Assembly (NCBI GenBank): GCA_964549355.1
Contig: CAZJUS010000016.1
Span: forward strand, 1-18,450
Direction of reading: 5' to 3'
DNA: 18,450 nucleotides
From: Candidatus Undinarchaeota archaeon
GTDB lineage: Archaea > SpSt-1190
Shown here: one piece after another, positions 1 through 8,332 of the stretch
How the letters are laid out: each line of letters starts with the position of its first letter
Position numbering within the stretch: the first letter of the stretch is position 1
Notes under the pieces: generated by a model
The model's input: the letters and a program-made list of their open reading frames with translations, nothing else
The model's database searches: none
What the model was told of the DNA's origin: nothing
Translations under genes and position numbers: made by a program

Positions 1-1
1 A

Positions 2-2032
2 GCGGCTCAGATCTCCGCAGCTTTGGGACAGTACATGGTGAGTGCAAGCTCATCCAGTGCAGCGACTGGAACACAAGGCTACAAAGAAGAGGATCTGGCA
101 CTTAATTCAGTGGTTTCAAGTACTATCGGAACGACATTGACAGACACACAGATTGCCAAATTGCAGGACAAACAGATAAACTTCAGGAGTACAAACTATG
201 ACATCCACGAAGCCATCATCTTGGGCGGTTCTGACCCGGTTCTCGTAACCGGCGTTGACAGTTCAACCATGAGCGGTGTTCAGGATGGAGATACATACGG
301 TACTTCTGTTGGTGGCAAGACCTATGTGAAAATAACCGAAGGCGGTCTCAGATATAGGTACATCTTTGATGATACCTTGAACGCGACTGCTACAAGCACA
401 TTGGTTGACTCGGACCACCCATTGACCTTAAGTCTCCTTGGGCAGAGTATGAAAGTTGTAAGCGTTTCACAAAGCGCTAACACTATAACTGTCCAGCTGG
501 GTACTTCTGCTGTTCTGGGTGATGGTCAGAGCACCACCGTTGGTGACTACACTGTTACAGTGGATACCATTGGTAGTAATTCTGTTGCCTTGTCCATCTC
601 AGGTGGTGGATGCAGTGACTCGGACTTCGTTTCCAAAAGCGACACTTGGGACACTACTTGCGGTGACATAAAGGTTGAGGTAGAAGACATTCTTTATGTT
701 GATGCAGCAAGCCCCAGCAACAAGGCCAAGCTCCGTATTGGTAGCGAGACCTCAAAAACATACACACACGGTGACAACTATGTCACTGAAGACGAAGACG
801 ACAGCAATCCGACTTGGAAATGGGACATCAACGTTACAGGCGGTGTTATTAACTACTTGGGTGCTTACTACGCCAAAGACGTCAACAGTATGGATGACGA
901 CCCAATAAGTGTTGGTGAGGAAATTGCTTTCCCCAACGACTATGTTGTGTTGAAGCTGAAGAACTACAACACTGAGACTCGTGGAACCTACGAGTTCAAG
1001 TTTGACAGTTCTGAAGACCTGTATGCAAGCAGTGTTGCTACCACACCTACTGAAGACAACGTACCCGTCTTTATTGTGGATGGTCCTGCAGACGATGCCT
1101 TCACATACTCAGGTACAGAATCTGAGAAGCTGGCATTTTACCAGGAGAGTGACGGAAAAGCAACCGAAACTTTCAAGACTGCATACTGGGACAACGACAA
1201 CAACAAGTGGGTCCTGAGCACAGTTGCCAGTAACGTCACTTCGCAGACTACTCTGAACTGGGTCCTCAACTACCAGGACACAACCTACAATCTATATGTT
1301 GTGAACACAAGTGCAGGTGCAGCAGTGGACAACTATGCTATTGTTCTCGCGGACGGTACATACGACACCATCAAGATAGCTCTGCACGATGGCACAACTG
1401 GTTTTGACTACTTGGGCTCTACTGACAACCAAGCAGACGCTGCTGAACTGGCTGTTGGTTCAACCAATATAGGTACTGCAAAGACAGACATTTTGACGCA
1501 CTACGGTACTATCATTAAGAACCCTGACACACAGGGGGACGGTGACAAAGTTACACTTGAAGTGCCTGCAGAACAGGTCAAGATGTACGTCTATGCTGGT
1601 GCACCTACAACCAGCACGTCTACCACAAGTGATATAGCCTACACATACACTGGCCTGACCAGTGAAGTTGCGGTTTTGGACATTGAAGCTACTACGACCG
1701 TCCCGATGATAATCGTCGGCGGTCCGTACGCTAACTCGCTGGCCCGCACACTTATCGGCAGTGACGACGCAACCATTGAAGAGTTCTTCGGTTACGATGC
1801 AACCGCAGAAACCGGAAAGGGTATCGTCAAACTGTACGACTCAAGTGAAACCACTTGGGGTGTCGACGCTTTGCTGGTGGCCGGGTGGTCTGCAGATGAC
1901 ACAAGAGCAGCTGCATACATCCTCGGCAAGTACCTCACTGGCGCCAAGAGTCTGTCCGCTCTGAGCGGCAAGACCAAGATCGCCGTGACTGCTACCGACG
2001 CTACTACCATCAGCAATGAGGAAGTAGAATAA
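2..2032 (+). CDS. S-layer protein, 5'-truncated by the window edge
   Basis: The frame is open from base 2 (AAQISAALGQY..., like the conserved N-terminal 'AA.I.AAL' segment of euryarchaeal/DPANN S-layer proteins). Very Thr/Asp/Ser-rich and acidic. C-terminal S-layer signature 'IIVGGPYANSL...GKGIVKL...LLVAGWSADDTRAAA'. Several N-x-S/T sequons (NAT, NVT, NTS). Strong terminator follows. Confidence 0.85.
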   Translation, partial: AAQISAALGQYMVSASSSSAATGTQGYKEEDLALNSVVSSTIGTTLTDTQIAKLQDKQINFRSTNYDIHEAIILGGSDPVLVTGVDSSTMSGVQDGDTYGTSVGGKTYVKITEGGLRYRYIFDDTLNATATSTLVDSDHPLTLSLLGQSMKVVSVSQSANTITVQLGTSAVLGDGQSTTVGDYTVTVDTIGSNSVALSISGGGCSDSDFVSKSDTWDTTCGDIKVEVEDILYVDAASPSNKAKLRIGSETSKTYTHGDNYVTEDEDDSNPTWKWDINVTGGVINYLGAYYAKDVNSMDDDPISVGEEIAFPNDYVVLKLKNYNTETRGTYEFKFDSSEDLYASSVATTPTEDNVPVFIVDGPADDAFTYSGTESEKLAFYQESDGKATETFKTAYWDNDNNKWVLSTVASNVTSQTTLNWVLNYQDTTYNLYVVNTSAGAAVDNYAIVLADGTYDTIKIALHDGTTGFDYLGSTDNQADAAELAVGSTNIGTAKTDILTHYGTIIKNPDTQGDGDKVTLEVPAEQVKMYVYAGAPTTSTSTTSDIAYTYTGLTSEVAVLDIEATTTVPMIIVGGPYANSLARTLIGSDDATIEEFFGYDATAETGKGIVKLYDSSETTWGVDALLVAGWSADDTRAAAYILGKYLTGAKSLSALSGKTKIAVTATDATTISNEEVE

Positions 2033-2039
2033 GGACCTG

Positions 2040-2090
2040 GATGCGCCTAACGGCGCACTCTTTTTTTATTTATTTTTTCTTTTCTTTTTT
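2040..2090 (+). terminator. Hairpin plus long T-tract terminator after the S-layer gene
   Basis: TGCGCC-TAAC-GGCGCA stem-loop (2042-2057) followed by about 30 nt of almost pure T/pyrimidine, starting 10 nt after the TAA stop. Confidence 0.8.
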
Positions 2091-2100
2091 CCAAAAACTT

Positions 2101-2116
2101 CAAAATGCTTTTAAAC
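2101..2116 (+). promoter_or_regulatory. Putative BRE/TATA promoter of rpl10e (likely leaderless)
   Basis: CAAAATGCTTTTAAAC, with TTTTAAA at 2109-2115, about 25 nt upstream of ATG 2137. No Shine-Dalgarno sequence before the ATG. Confidence 0.6.
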
Positions 2117-2136
2117 CTCTTGCTCAACCCAACTCT

Positions 2137-2682
2137 ATGGGTTTGATGCCTGCCAAGTGCCATAGGAAGCTGGTTCCGAAAGCCTATACCCGGAAGGCCA
2201 CGAAGGTCGTGAAGAAGGCTTATGTCAGAGGCATCCCCGGCGCCAAAATCCGCATGTTCGACATGGGCAACAGGAGCAAGCGTCAGTGGAAGTGGCAGGT
2301 CGACCTGGTTTCCAAGCAGCCCATCCAGCTCAGGCACAACCAGCTCGAAGCTGCCCGCGTCACCATCAACGCTTTCCTCGTCAAGAAGATTACGAAAGCC
2401 ATGTTTTACTTTAAGTTCCGCTCCTTTCCCCACAATATAATGAGGGAGAACCCCCAGGCCACTGGTGCCGGTGCAGACAGGTTCCAGAGGGGCATGAAGC
2501 ACTGCTTCGGCAAGCCCATCGGCTACGCTGCGCGCGTCAGGAAAAACGCCAAGGTCCTGTCCGTGTGGGTCGACAAGCAGGAGCACATACCTTTGGTGAA
2601 GGAAGTCCTCAAACGGGCGGCAGGCAAGCTGAGCGGTCTTTACAGGCTTGAAATCTCCAGCTTTGAAGGCAAAACGATTTGA
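2137..2682 (+). CDS. rpl10e: 50S ribosomal protein uL16 (L10e)
   Basis: Motifs 'YVRGIPGAKIRMFDMGN', 'QLRHNQLEAARV', 'FPHNIMREN..ATGAGADRFQRGMKHCFGKPIG.AARV'. Start moved from 2041 (inside the terminator) to ATG 2137. Confidence 0.96.
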   Translation: MGLMPAKCHRKLVPKAYTRKATKVVKKAYVRGIPGAKIRMFDMGNRSKRQWKWQVDLVSKQPIQLRHNQLEAARVTINAFLVKKITKAMFYFKFRSFPHNIMRENPQATGAGADRFQRGMKHCFGKPIGYAARVRKNAKVLSVWVDKQEHIPLVKEVLKRAAGKLSGLYRLEISSFEGKTI

Positions 2683-2734
2683 TCTTCGGCATTCCAAAGC
2701 GTAACTTTATTTATCCCCCTTACAGTTTTCTTTT

Positions 2735-3154
2735 GTGTTTGGAGGCATATTGAGGGCCATAGGCTTCAAAAAGGGCGCCAGGCATGTGCAGATGCCCGAG
2801 ACTGAAGCGGAGAAGATAGAAGCCATCTTTGATATAGTCCGCGAGGTGCGGGACGAGCTGAAGCCCATGGGCCCCGACGGGCAGAGGTCCAGCAGGCTTG
2901 AAGCCATCATGGGAGGCATCTCCAGGCTCAGCCCCGGCGAGCGCGCCGAGGTGGTGAAGCAGCTGGAGTCCCTGGAAGTGGACGACCAAATCTGCGAATT
3001 TCTTGAAAAACCCCGCCCTATTGAGGAGGTGGCCAAGCAAATCAGCAGGAGCTACGGCTACACTGCAGCCCGCCTCAGAAAGCTTATGCGGGACGGGAAG
3101 GTTATGAGGAAGCGCGATGCGGTCACCCGGAAGTATGTCTATATCCGGGCCTGA
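2735..3154 (+). CDS. Hypothetical protein with C-terminal winged helix-turn-helix
   Basis: C-terminal 'DQICEFLEKPRPIEEVAKQISRSYGYTAARLRKLMRDGKVMRKRD...KYVY' has the wHTH helix/wing pattern. TATA-like TTTATTTA at about 2706-2713 supports GTG 2735; ATG 2792 is the alternative start. Confidence 0.7.
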   Translation: MFGGILRAIGFKKGARHVQMPETEAEKIEAIFDIVREVRDELKPMGPDGQRSSRLEAIMGGISRLSPGERAEVVKQLESLEVDDQICEFLEKPRPIEEVAKQISRSYGYTAARLRKLMRDGKVMRKRDAVTRKYVYIRA

Positions 3155-4140
3155 TTTGCCCCGCCCCTGCCGGCAATCTGCCAGTACGGCTCTTCATCAA
3201 CCCTCATTTTCTGGAAGTAATCAACTTGGCCGGGCTTTATGGTCCATCCCTTCTCCAGCCTCGTCAGGCCCGAGTGGGCTATCATCGCCCCGTTGTCCCC
3301 CGCAAACTCCGGCGGGACCACGAACATCCTGACCCCCCTTGCCCTGCACATGGTTTTGAACATGCCATTCAATCTCTTGTTTTGAGCCACCCCTCCCACC
3401 AGCAGGACTTCCGGCTTCCCGGTGTGTGCCACCGCCCGCTCCGCCACCTCGACCAGCATGGCGAAGCAGTGCTCCTGGAAGCTCATGGCAACATCCTCCG
3501 GGGGCTCCCCCTTTTCCAACAGTCTGATGGCGTGGGTGAGTATGCCCGAATAGCTCAGGTCCATCCCTTTCACCACATACGGCATCCCGATGACAGTCGT
3601 GCCCCCCAGCGCCAGCTTCTCCAGCTTGGGTCCGCCAGGATGCGGGAGCCCGAGCTTCCGCGCCAGCTTGTCTATGGCATTCCCCAAGGCGGTGTCAAGG
3701 GTCTCGCCGAAAATTTTCCATCCTTCGCGGTATGCTATTATTTGGGTGTTGCCCCCGCTGACATACACCACCACAGGGTCCGAAGCTCCGGTTGTCCGGA
3801 GGCCGATTTCAATATGCGAGATGGCGTGGTTGACCGGGATGACAGGCACCTCCAGTTGGGTTGCCAGCTTTTTGGCAACTTCCGCCCCGACGGCCAGGCA
3901 CGAGCCGATGCCGGGCGATGCCGAGTATGCAACGGCGTCCGGCGCCTCCACCATGGCCTCTTCCAGCACTTTCTCCGCAACCTTCCGGTGGTGGCGTGCA
4001 GCTTCGCTGGGCCGGATGCCCCCCTCTTTTGGAGTATACATATTCACTACATTGGACAATACGCGGTCTTCATCAACCATGCCCGCCCCGAAGCTGTGGG
4101 CTGTGCTTTCTATCCCCAGCACTTTTGGTTTTTTCACCAC
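3139..4140 (-). CDS. kae1: tRNA N6-adenosine threonylcarbamoyltransferase Kae1 (KEOPS subunit, TsaD/Kae1 family), not fused to Bud32
   Basis: 'VLGIESTAHSFG', 'GGIRPSEAARHH', metal-binding 'VNHAISHIEIG', 'VYVSGGNTQ', 'GETLDTALGNAIDKLAR', 'GGVAQN', 'DNGAMIA'. GGAGG upstream of the GTG start. Confidence 0.96.
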   Translation of the reverse strand: MVKKPKVLGIESTAHSFGAGMVDEDRVLSNVVNMYTPKEGGIRPSEAARHHRKVAEKVLEEAMVEAPDAVAYSASPGIGSCLAVGAEVAKKLATQLEVPVIPVNHAISHIEIGLRTTGASDPVVVYVSGGNTQIIAYREGWKIFGETLDTALGNAIDKLARKLGLPHPGGPKLEKLALGGTTVIGMPYVVKGMDLSYSGILTHAIRLLEKGEPPEDVAMSFQEHCFAMLVEVAERAVAHTGKPEVLLVGGVAQNKRLNGMFKTMCRARGVRMFVVPPEFAGDNGAMIAHSGLTRLEKGWTIKPGQVDYFQKMRVDEEPYWQIAGRGGANQARI

Positions 4141-4154
4141 TCCAGCCCCTCCGC

Positions 4155-4170
4155 CACATATTTATAATCG
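4155..4170. promoter_or_regulatory. AT-rich TATA core in the 48-bp divergent kae1/GT2 intergenic region
   Basis: CATATTTATAAT (TTTATAA 4161-4167) lies about 20-27 nt from both divergent start codons (4140 and 4189). Confidence 0.55.
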
Positions 4171-4188
4171 CTTTTGAGCAGTAATTTA

Positions 4189-5409
4189 ATGAACTATGCA
4201 GTGGCCGTTTTTACATGGGTCGTCATGCTGCTTTCAACCTACATCTCGGTTTATTACATGCTCATGCTGATTGACATGAAGCCCAGGAACGGCAGGAGGG
4301 CCCGGTACCCCAAGGTGGCTATTGCAATTCCGGCCTTCAATGAGGAAAGGGGGGTCGCAAGGACCCTCGAATCCATCCTGAACCTGGATTATGATTTGGG
4401 AAAACTCCAGGTTTTTGTGGTTGATGACGGTTCAAAGGACCGCACATCAAAGGAGGCCCGCAGGTTTTCAAGGCAGCACCCTGAGCTTGATATCACCATA
4501 CTCCGCAACCGGAGCAATAAAGGAAAAGCATACTCCCTCAACAGGGCCCTCAAAAAAACGGACGCAACGTTTTTTGTGACCATGGATGCTGACTCCAATG
4601 TGCATCCCTCCGCCCTCAAGGCCATGCTCCGCTACTCGAAGGGCAGTTCGGTAGTCACCCCCTGCGTCCTCCCGCGCAGCCCGAAGAATATTTTTGAGAG
4701 GCTCCAGCAGGTCGAGTATGTGTATGGCAACTACCTGGCCAACATTCTCAGCAACTTCGATGCCCAGCTGGTGGCCCCCGGACCTTTCTCCCTTTTCCGC
4801 ACCTCTGATTTGAAGGCGGTCGGCGGCTTTGACGAGACTTCAATAACCGAGGATCTGGAGGTGGTCTACCGGCTGAGGGCCAAAGGCCACAAAATAACTA
4901 TGGCGCCCAACGCCTATGTGTATACGGAGGTGCCGGGCGGCATCAGGGGGCTGATAAGGCAGAGGAAAAGATGGCACCTCGGTTTTTTTGATGCGGTGGG
5001 CAAGCATCCGCAGGGCCTCAAGCCCTCTACAGAATTCGGCATGCAGAACATACTGAAGATGATTTATTTCTTCCTTGCGATTTCATTTCTGCTCCTTGCA
5101 GGGCGCAACCTCTACAGACTGCTCAAGCCTGCCTTCAATTTTATGCAGTATGTGGGTTTCGACATCCTCCCCTACCTGACCGGCTGGCAGTTCCGCTTTG
5201 ATTTGCTCTCTCTTGACATACAGATGCTTTTGTATTTCATCATAATCCTGATTTTCACTATAATTTTTCTGATTCTGGCGTCCCGCTTCCAGGACTCCCG
5301 CATCGGCTTTTTTGACGCTGTGCTTTTCATGTTTGCGTACGGGCTTGCCCTGTCGACAGCAACATTTTTAGCTGTTTACTCCTGGTTGAAGGGGGATTAT
5401 GTATGGTGA
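4189..5409 (+). CDS. Processive-type GT2 glycosyltransferase (cellulose synthase/PgaC/hyaluronan synthase-like), integral membrane
   Basis: 'IPAFNEE', 'VVDDGSKD', 'GKAYSLN', DxD 'MDADS', 'TED' and QxxRW 'QRKRW'. One N-terminal and several C-terminal TM helices. Confidence 0.9.
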   Translation: MNYAVAVFTWVVMLLSTYISVYYMLMLIDMKPRNGRRARYPKVAIAIPAFNEERGVARTLESILNLDYDLGKLQVFVVDDGSKDRTSKEARRFSRQHPELDITILRNRSNKGKAYSLNRALKKTDATFFVTMDADSNVHPSALKAMLRYSKGSSVVTPCVLPRSPKNIFERLQQVEYVYGNYLANILSNFDAQLVAPGPFSLFRTSDLKAVGGFDETSITEDLEVVYRLRAKGHKITMAPNAYVYTEVPGGIRGLIRQRKRWHLGFFDAVGKHPQGLKPSTEFGMQNILKMIYFFLAISFLLLAGRNLYRLLKPAFNFMQYVGFDILPYLTGWQFRFDLLSLDIQMLLYFIIILIFTIIFLILASRFQDSRIGFFDAVLFMFAYGLALSTATFLAVYSWLKGDYVW

Positions 5410-6044
5410 GTCGCGCGGTGCTGGCGGGGATAATAACCCTCATTATTTTCCTGGCAGGCTTCAGCCTGGGGGGGTTTTGGGACGCCCTCCGGCGCGACAA
5501 GGTTGAGATGGACCTCAACAAAATATCCCTTTACTCTACATCGCTTTTTCTGGAAAGCAGGCTTATTGAGAATATCAGCTGCGATGCCTTGTGGCCTATC
5601 CTCAGCGATTCCGTGAAAGACCTCGCCAGCTCTCTTGATGCTTATCTGGACTATTCTGAAAATTCAATCACCAATATTGATAAACAGAAACTGCTTTACA
5701 GGAGATACCTCCTGTCCAATGTCCGATACTGGCTGTTCATCGAAGAATACAAAAAGAACTGCGGATGGAATGTGAGCACCATACTTTTCTTTTTCGATGA
5801 AGGGTGCGGAGGAGAATGCGACGCGACTGCAACAAGGCTCGACTATCTGAAGCAGAAGCACGGCGGGAATGTCATGATATTCCCCATCAATATGGGGCTT
5901 GCATATGAAGACCCCGTTGCACACACCCTCATGAGGATATACAACGTGACAAGTTTTCCTTCTGTTGTTGTTGACGGCGTCCGCTACCAGTCGCCGGCTC
6001 TTGCTGAACTGGAGGGGCTTGTTTGCAGAAGAGTGGAATGCTAG
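5403..6044 (+). CDS. Membrane-anchored extracellular protein with a C-terminal thioredoxin-like fold
   Basis: N-terminal TM anchor, helical Cys-containing region, then 'ILFFFDEGCGGECDA...VMIFPIN...YNVTSFPSVVVDG' (beta strand, CxxxC, helix, cis-Pro-type 'FPS' loop). Overlaps both neighbours by 7 nt. Confidence 0.65.
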   Translation: MVSRAVLAGIITLIIFLAGFSLGGFWDALRRDKVEMDLNKISLYSTSLFLESRLIENISCDALWPILSDSVKDLASSLDAYLDYSENSITNIDKQKLLYRRYLLSNVRYWLFIEEYKKNCGWNVSTILFFFDEGCGGECDATATRLDYLKQKHGGNVMIFPINMGLAYEDPVAHTLMRIYNVTSFPSVVVDGVRYQSPALAELEGLVCRRVEC

Positions 6045-7228
6045 ACAGGGCTTTTTGGATTTTGTATTTCCTGCTGGTGCTCTTGTTTTTTACGAAGCCT
6101 CTGGTTGTGAATTGGGACCCTGCCGAGTATCTGGCCCAGGGAAAATTCATATTCGGAGGTAGAGGATACGCCTCCTGGTACCGCCCCCCTGTTTGGCCCC
6201 TTGTCCTCGGAATTTTTTGGAAGACGGGGTTCCCAATGCTGTTCACTATGAAGGCCCTTGCTACTTTAATTTATCTCTCAATCCCTCTTGTTGCATATTT
6301 CAAATTCAGGGGCGCCCTCCAGCTTGACGGCAGGGCATTTATTGGGCTTGTTATTGCAACGCAGCCTATTTTCTTTCAGTATTCGCATGCACCGCTAAGC
6401 CATATGATTGCCACTTTGTTCCTTGTGCTTTCATTTGCGACTGAAGGCATTGCCTCCGGCGTGTTTTCTGCTTTGGCGGGGCTGTCGCGGTTCACTTTTT
6501 TCCTGTGGGCTCCTTTTTCACTTTTTTACAAAAATCCGAAAAAGAAAATTGAAGGCATGGCCTTGGTTGTTATCCCCTTCGTGCTGGCAACAACCTTGAT
6601 ACTTGGGAGCCCCTTCCTGGCTTTCTCCGATGCGGGCGCTGTAATAAACCATCCGGATTTCATCTGGTTTTGGCAGGAGAGCCCACTTTTTTATTTCAAA
6701 AAACTTCTGCTTTTTTCGCCTTTCATGCTCCTCGCTCTTTTTGGCAGAAGACCTTCAAAGTGGGCTTTCGGGCTTGCTTTGGCTTATTTTACTTTTCTGC
6801 CCCACAAGGAGGAGAGGTTCATAATCGACATCATAGTGTATGGCGCCATAGCCCTTTCCGAAAATTTCAGGAAACTGCCACTGATTCTTGTGGCTTTCCA
6901 TTTGTTTTTTCTCCCATTCACCGCCCCGCTGTATCAGCCGCCCCTCACGATATATGAACAGATTCCAAACGGAGTGAACGTAATAGGCATGAGCCCCGAA
7001 GTGAATTTGGTCCGGGACGTTAACTTTACAGATTGGTTCTATCCCAGCAAGCCATTCACTTTTTCTGGGATGAACTACTGTATTTATTCACAATCTGCAA
7101 CTCCCTGCAAAACGGATGATATTGCATGCAATTCAATTGTGAATGATTTCATGGCGCAGTGCGGAAACTGGAACATCATCGCACGGGAAGATGGCTTTAT
7201 TGTTGCCCGCCGTCCAGAGCAGATTTAA
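6038..7228 (+). CDS. GT-C fold membrane glycosyltransferase (ArnT/PMT-like, lipid-linked sugar donor)
   Basis: TM1 followed by 'WDPAEYL', 'YRPPVWPLVL', 'LAGLSRF', 'PHKEERFI'. About 10 or more TM segments and a small C-terminal soluble domain. Confidence 0.75.
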   Translation: MLDRAFWILYFLLVLLFFTKPLVVNWDPAEYLAQGKFIFGGRGYASWYRPPVWPLVLGIFWKTGFPMLFTMKALATLIYLSIPLVAYFKFRGALQLDGRAFIGLVIATQPIFFQYSHAPLSHMIATLFLVLSFATEGIASGVFSALAGLSRFTFFLWAPFSLFYKNPKKKIEGMALVVIPFVLATTLILGSPFLAFSDAGAVINHPDFIWFWQESPLFYFKKLLLFSPFMLLALFGRRPSKWAFGLALAYFTFLPHKEERFIIDIIVYGAIALSENFRKLPLILVAFHLFFLPFTAPLYQPPLTIYEQIPNGVNVIGMSPEVNLVRDVNFTDWFYPSKPFTFSGMNYCIYSQSATPCKTDDIACNSIVNDFMAQCGNWNIIAREDGFIVARRPEQI

Positions 7229-7972
7229 TCATTCAACATCAATTCTCGGTGCCAGGATGAATGAAAGCTCTGCATCTTCCCCAACGAATTCCATCTTCAT
7301 GGGAAAATCTGTCTTGAGGTTTAGGACGACCGTTTCGCCGATTTTCAGGCCTTTCATCATTTTTTTCAGATATTCAAGGCTGTACTTGGCCCTGGCAGTC
7401 TCCTCGACTTCAGCTTTTGTGATGGTGTCCCCCACCTTCATGGTGGTCTCCACGCTTCCAAAATCTCCCTGGGCCACAATCTGCAGTTCATCCGGCTTCC
7501 CCACAAAAATGGCTGCGTCGCTGATTACTTCAGCGTCTTCAATGGCCATCTTCAGCTCCCGCGAATCCATCGAAAAGGTGGCTGTGAATTTGAGCGACGG
7601 CTCCGGCCTCGGCCCGCTCTCAAGAGAGAGCAGAGGAGTTGTGAACCTGCGGACACTTTTAGTGCCGTATACCAGCGTCATTTTACCATCATCCACTTTT
7701 ATGTCCAGCGGAACATTGCTTTTTGACCTCTTCAAAATTCTGAAGAGGCGGTCCATATTCACTCCGATGTATGTCTCGTTTTTGAGCTCGTATTTTTCAA
7801 AAGCTTCTTTCTTCAGCTTGAAAATTACCATGGCCACATTGGCAGGGTCCATGGCCCTCATGACAAGCCCCTCATCCGATAAGTGAATGGACACATCATC
7901 CTTTACCAGTTCATAAATAGCCCTGATTGGATTAACCAGTACCATTGGATTCTTCAATTTTGCTTCGAACAT
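7229..7972 (-). CDS. pcn: Proliferating cell nuclear antigen (DNA sliding clamp)
   Basis: 247 aa; 'MFEAKL', 'RAMDPANVAMV', 'AKYSLEYLKKMMK', 'DFPMKMEF', 'FILAPRI'. GAGGTG Shine-Dalgarno sequence upstream. Confidence 0.97.
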   Translation of the reverse strand: MFEAKLKNPMVLVNPIRAIYELVKDDVSIHLSDEGLVMRAMDPANVAMVIFKLKKEAFEKYELKNETYIGVNMDRLFRILKRSKSNVPLDIKVDDGKMTLVYGTKSVRRFTTPLLSLESGPRPEPSLKFTATFSMDSRELKMAIEDAEVISDAAIFVGKPDELQIVAQGDFGSVETTMKVGDTITKAEVEETARAKYSLEYLKKMMKGLKIGETVVLNLKTDFPMKMEFVGEDAELSFILAPRIDVE

Positions 7973-8285
7973 CTTTCCACACCTCTAATACCTGCCTATA
8001 CCTGTCGGGATCAAATCCCTCCGTTTTGCGGACCACTTCCCCTTCTATAGGCTTTTTTGGGCCGTCATTTGTCCGGCCGATTACCACCACTTGGTCCCCT
8101 GAACTGTAGGTTCCCACCTGCTCTTTCAGGAACGGGGCTTTGAAGACTGCGTCGACCATGCCGGTCCCGTCGTCTATCTTAAGACGCCCTTCAACGGCAT
8201 CCACGCCTATTATGACGCCTGCAATTTTAACCCTTTCCCCTTCTTTGAGTTCGTTTATGGGCTTTGAGACTGCAGGCGCGTCCAT
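7932..8285 (-). CDS. Single OB-fold protein, replication protein A small subunit (Rpa3/RPA14-like)
   Basis: 'PAVSKPINEL...RVKIAGVII...KIDDGTG...GDQVVVIGR...IEGEVVR..EGFDPDRYRQVLE' matches the Thermococcales Rpa3 pattern, including the C-terminal trimerisation helix. Overlaps pcn by 41 nt. Confidence 0.8.
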   Translation of the reverse strand: MDAPAVSKPINELKEGERVKIAGVIIGVDAVEGRLKIDDGTGMVDAVFKAPFLKEQVGTYSSGDQVVVIGRTNDGPKKPIEGEVVRKTEGFDPDRYRQVLEVWKDVRSKIEESNGTG

Positions 8286-8299
8286 ATGGAGCTATCCGT

Positions 8300-8316
8300 C
8301 GGGTTTTTATAATAAC
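8300..8316. promoter_or_regulatory. TATA core in the 47-bp divergent region between rpa3 and the secreted-protein gene
   Basis: TTTTTATAATAA (8304-8315) centred between start codons at 8285 (-) and 8333 (+). Confidence 0.55.
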
Positions 8317-8332
8317 TCCCCTGTAGATATCT

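Noticed and set aside
2041..2136. N-terminal extension of rpl10e in the ORF track
   Set aside because: It translates the terminator and promoter (poly-Phe); the family-like sequence begins at ATG 2137.
2047..2697. 216-aa minus-strand ORF
   Set aside because: Antisense shadow of rpl10e that runs into the terminator T-tract.
3226..4177. Long + strand ORFs (313 aa, 195 aa, 107 aa) opposite kae1
   Set aside because: Antisense shadows of a well-conserved gene; no recognisable motifs and biased composition.
7143..7886. 247-aa + strand ORF
   Set aside because: Antisense to pcn; Ser/Phe-rich shadow with no motif.
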